Below, in pieces: positions 62,813-64,000 of a stretch of DNA of 64,000 bases. Numbering within the stretch: the first letter of the stretch is position 1; each line of letters begins with the position of its first letter. This DNA comes from an uncultured Actinomycetes bacterium (lineage in GTDB: Bacteria > Actinomycetota > Acidimicrobiia > IMCC26256 > PALSA-555). A program made the position numbers and the translations under genes. The notes beneath the pieces are model-generated. The model saw nothing but the letters and a program-made list of their open reading frames with translations, searched no databases and was not told the DNA's origin. Location of the stretch: assembly GCA_963731625.1 (NCBI GenBank), contig CAVSWH010000021.1, positions 96,108 to 160,107 on the forward strand, in the 5' to 3' direction.

Positions 62813-64000
62813 GTGCCGGTGGACGGAACGAAGATCCGAGAGCTGCTGCGGCTCGCGGCCGTCGGCACGCCGGCCGCCGGGGTCGAGGAGCGGGACGACG
62901 GCCAGGTCACGCCGCCGGCGGGGCCGCCGCACCCGCCGCGGACGCTCTGCATCGGGATGGCGACGTACGACGACTACGACGGCGTCTACTTCTCGGTCCA
63001 GGCGCTGCGCCTGTACCACCCCGAGGTGATGGACCGGGTCTCGATCCTCGTGTTGGACAACGACCCGACAGGGCAGGCGGCCTGGCCGCTCCGAGAGCTC
63101 TCGGACCGCGTCGAGCAGCTGCGCTACGTGCCGTGCGCCGAAGTTCGTGGCACCGCGGTGCGCGACCTCTTGTTTCGCTACGCCACGGCCGACTGGGTGC
63201 TCGTGATGGACTGCCACGTGCTGCTCGAGCCGGGCGCGCTCGCCGCGCTGCTGCGGTACATCGACGAGCATCCCGACTCGGATGACCTCTTGCAGGGCCC
63301 GATCGAGTGGGATGAGCTGGGCGGCCTGGTCGCGACGCACTTCGAGCCGGAGTGGCGGTCCGGCATGTATGGCACCTGGGCCGTCGATGATCGCGGCACC
63401 GCGCTCGACAGCGAGCCCTTCGAGATCCCGATGCACGGTCTGGGCTGCTTCGCCGCCCGGCGCAAGTCATGGCTGGGATTCAACCCGCGCTTCTCGGGGT
63501 TCGGGGGCGAGGAGGGCTACCTCCACGAGAAGTACCGCCAGCACGGGAGACGGACCGTCTGTCTGCCGTTCCTGCGCTGGGTGCATCGGTTCGACCGGCC
63601 GGCGGGGATCCAGTACGTGAACCGATGGGAGGACCGGATCCGCAACTACCTCATCGGTTGGGACGAGCTGGGGTTGGACGTCGGCGACGTCGTCGACCAC
63701 TTCGGGGAGCACCTCGGCGTCGAGCTCACCGAGCGCGTCGCGTCGACCTTCCAGCAGGCACGCCAGAGCCCGTTCTGGTTCTTCGACGCCATCTACTGCA
63801 TCAACGTGGACAGCGCGGCGGGCCGATGGGCAACGATGCAGGAGCGTTTCGAGCGCATCGGGATCGCGGACCGGGTGCGGCGGTTCCCTGCGATCGAGAC
63901 CCCGGCGTGTCATCACCTCGGGTGCACCCTCTCGCACCGTCGGATCGTCCAGCTCGCCCGTGACCAAGGGCTCGACAATGTCCTCGTCTTCGAGGACGAC
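62813..64000 (+). CDS. two-domain glycosyltransferase (GT2-like N-domain, GT25-like C-domain), 3' end beyond window
   Basis: Absent from the ORF track because it has no stop in the window. The frame is open from GTG 62813 to 64000 (396 codons). The N-domain reads ...LCIGMATYDDYDGVYFSVQALRLYHPEVMDRVSILVLDNDP...VLVMDCHVLLEPGAL...GLGCFAARRKSW.... The C-domain reads FDAIYCINVDSAAGRWATMQERFERIGI...HLGCTLSHRRIVQLARDQGLDNVLVFEDD. Confidence 0.65.
   Translation, partial: MPVDGTKIRELLRLAAVGTPAAGVEERDDGQVTPPAGPPHPPRTLCIGMATYDDYDGVYFSVQALRLYHPEVMDRVSILVLDNDPTGQAAWPLRELSDRVEQLRYVPCAEVRGTAVRDLLFRYATADWVLVMDCHVLLEPGALAALLRYIDEHPDSDDLLQGPIEWDELGGLVATHFEPEWRSGMYGTWAVDDRGTALDSEPFEIPMHGLGCFAARRKSWLGFNPRFSGFGGEEGYLHEKYRQHGRRTVCLPFLRWVHRFDRPAGIQYVNRWEDRIRNYLIGWDELGLDVGDVVDHFGEHLGVELTERVASTFQQARQSPFWFFDAIYCINVDSAAGRWATMQERFERIGIADRVRRFPAIETPACHHLGCTLSHRRIVQLARDQGLDNVLVFEDD

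Overview
This is a high-GC, actinobacterial-type chromosome segment. Many long Arg/Pro/Ala-rich ORFs in the track are antisense or read-through artefacts. Real genes were picked by recognisable protein motifs, and starts were re-derived by codon arithmetic from the track. Positions 1-45.9 kb are dense housekeeping DNA. They carry a fused B12 acyl-CoA mutase with a 3-hydroxyacyl-CoA dehydrogenase, ask-asd, tRNA-Pro, and two coupled ArsA/Get3-like ATPases with a receiver-only protein opposite NfeD and WhiB. They also carry selA-selB (with selC, tRNA-Sec, 18 kb away at 34.6 kb) and an Fe-S block (MBL hydrolase, Mrp/ApbC, ArsR-like regulator, IscA-like). A repeat-expanded Lys/Ala-rich basic protein and a compact 2Fe-2S/XDH-like fusion follow. 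Next comes a nitrogen block (glnR, two GS genes, glnE, nadE), then a sigma factor, rhomboid, H+-pyrophosphatase, DedA and topA-tmk-holB. An intact tRNA-Thr(CGT) at 45866-45938 marks a switch to about 16 kb of accessory mosaic. Five further copies of the tRNA 3' part occur there, and four are followed at a fixed +58/+59 offset by a conserved box (GCNCAGCGCTC...). These copies cut the region into cassettes carrying unrelated cargo: a DinB/DsbA-like pair, a cyclase-STAND-TPR giant, a DUF6325 pair, DUF2252, an MFS pump, an SGNH hydrolase and an acyltransferase-3. The cassettes also hold gene debris (USP, sulfatase and unassigned fragments). I could recognise no integrase, transposase or excisionase. 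The right edge enters a glycosyltransferase cluster. No rRNA, CRISPR array or intact mobile-element gene was seen.
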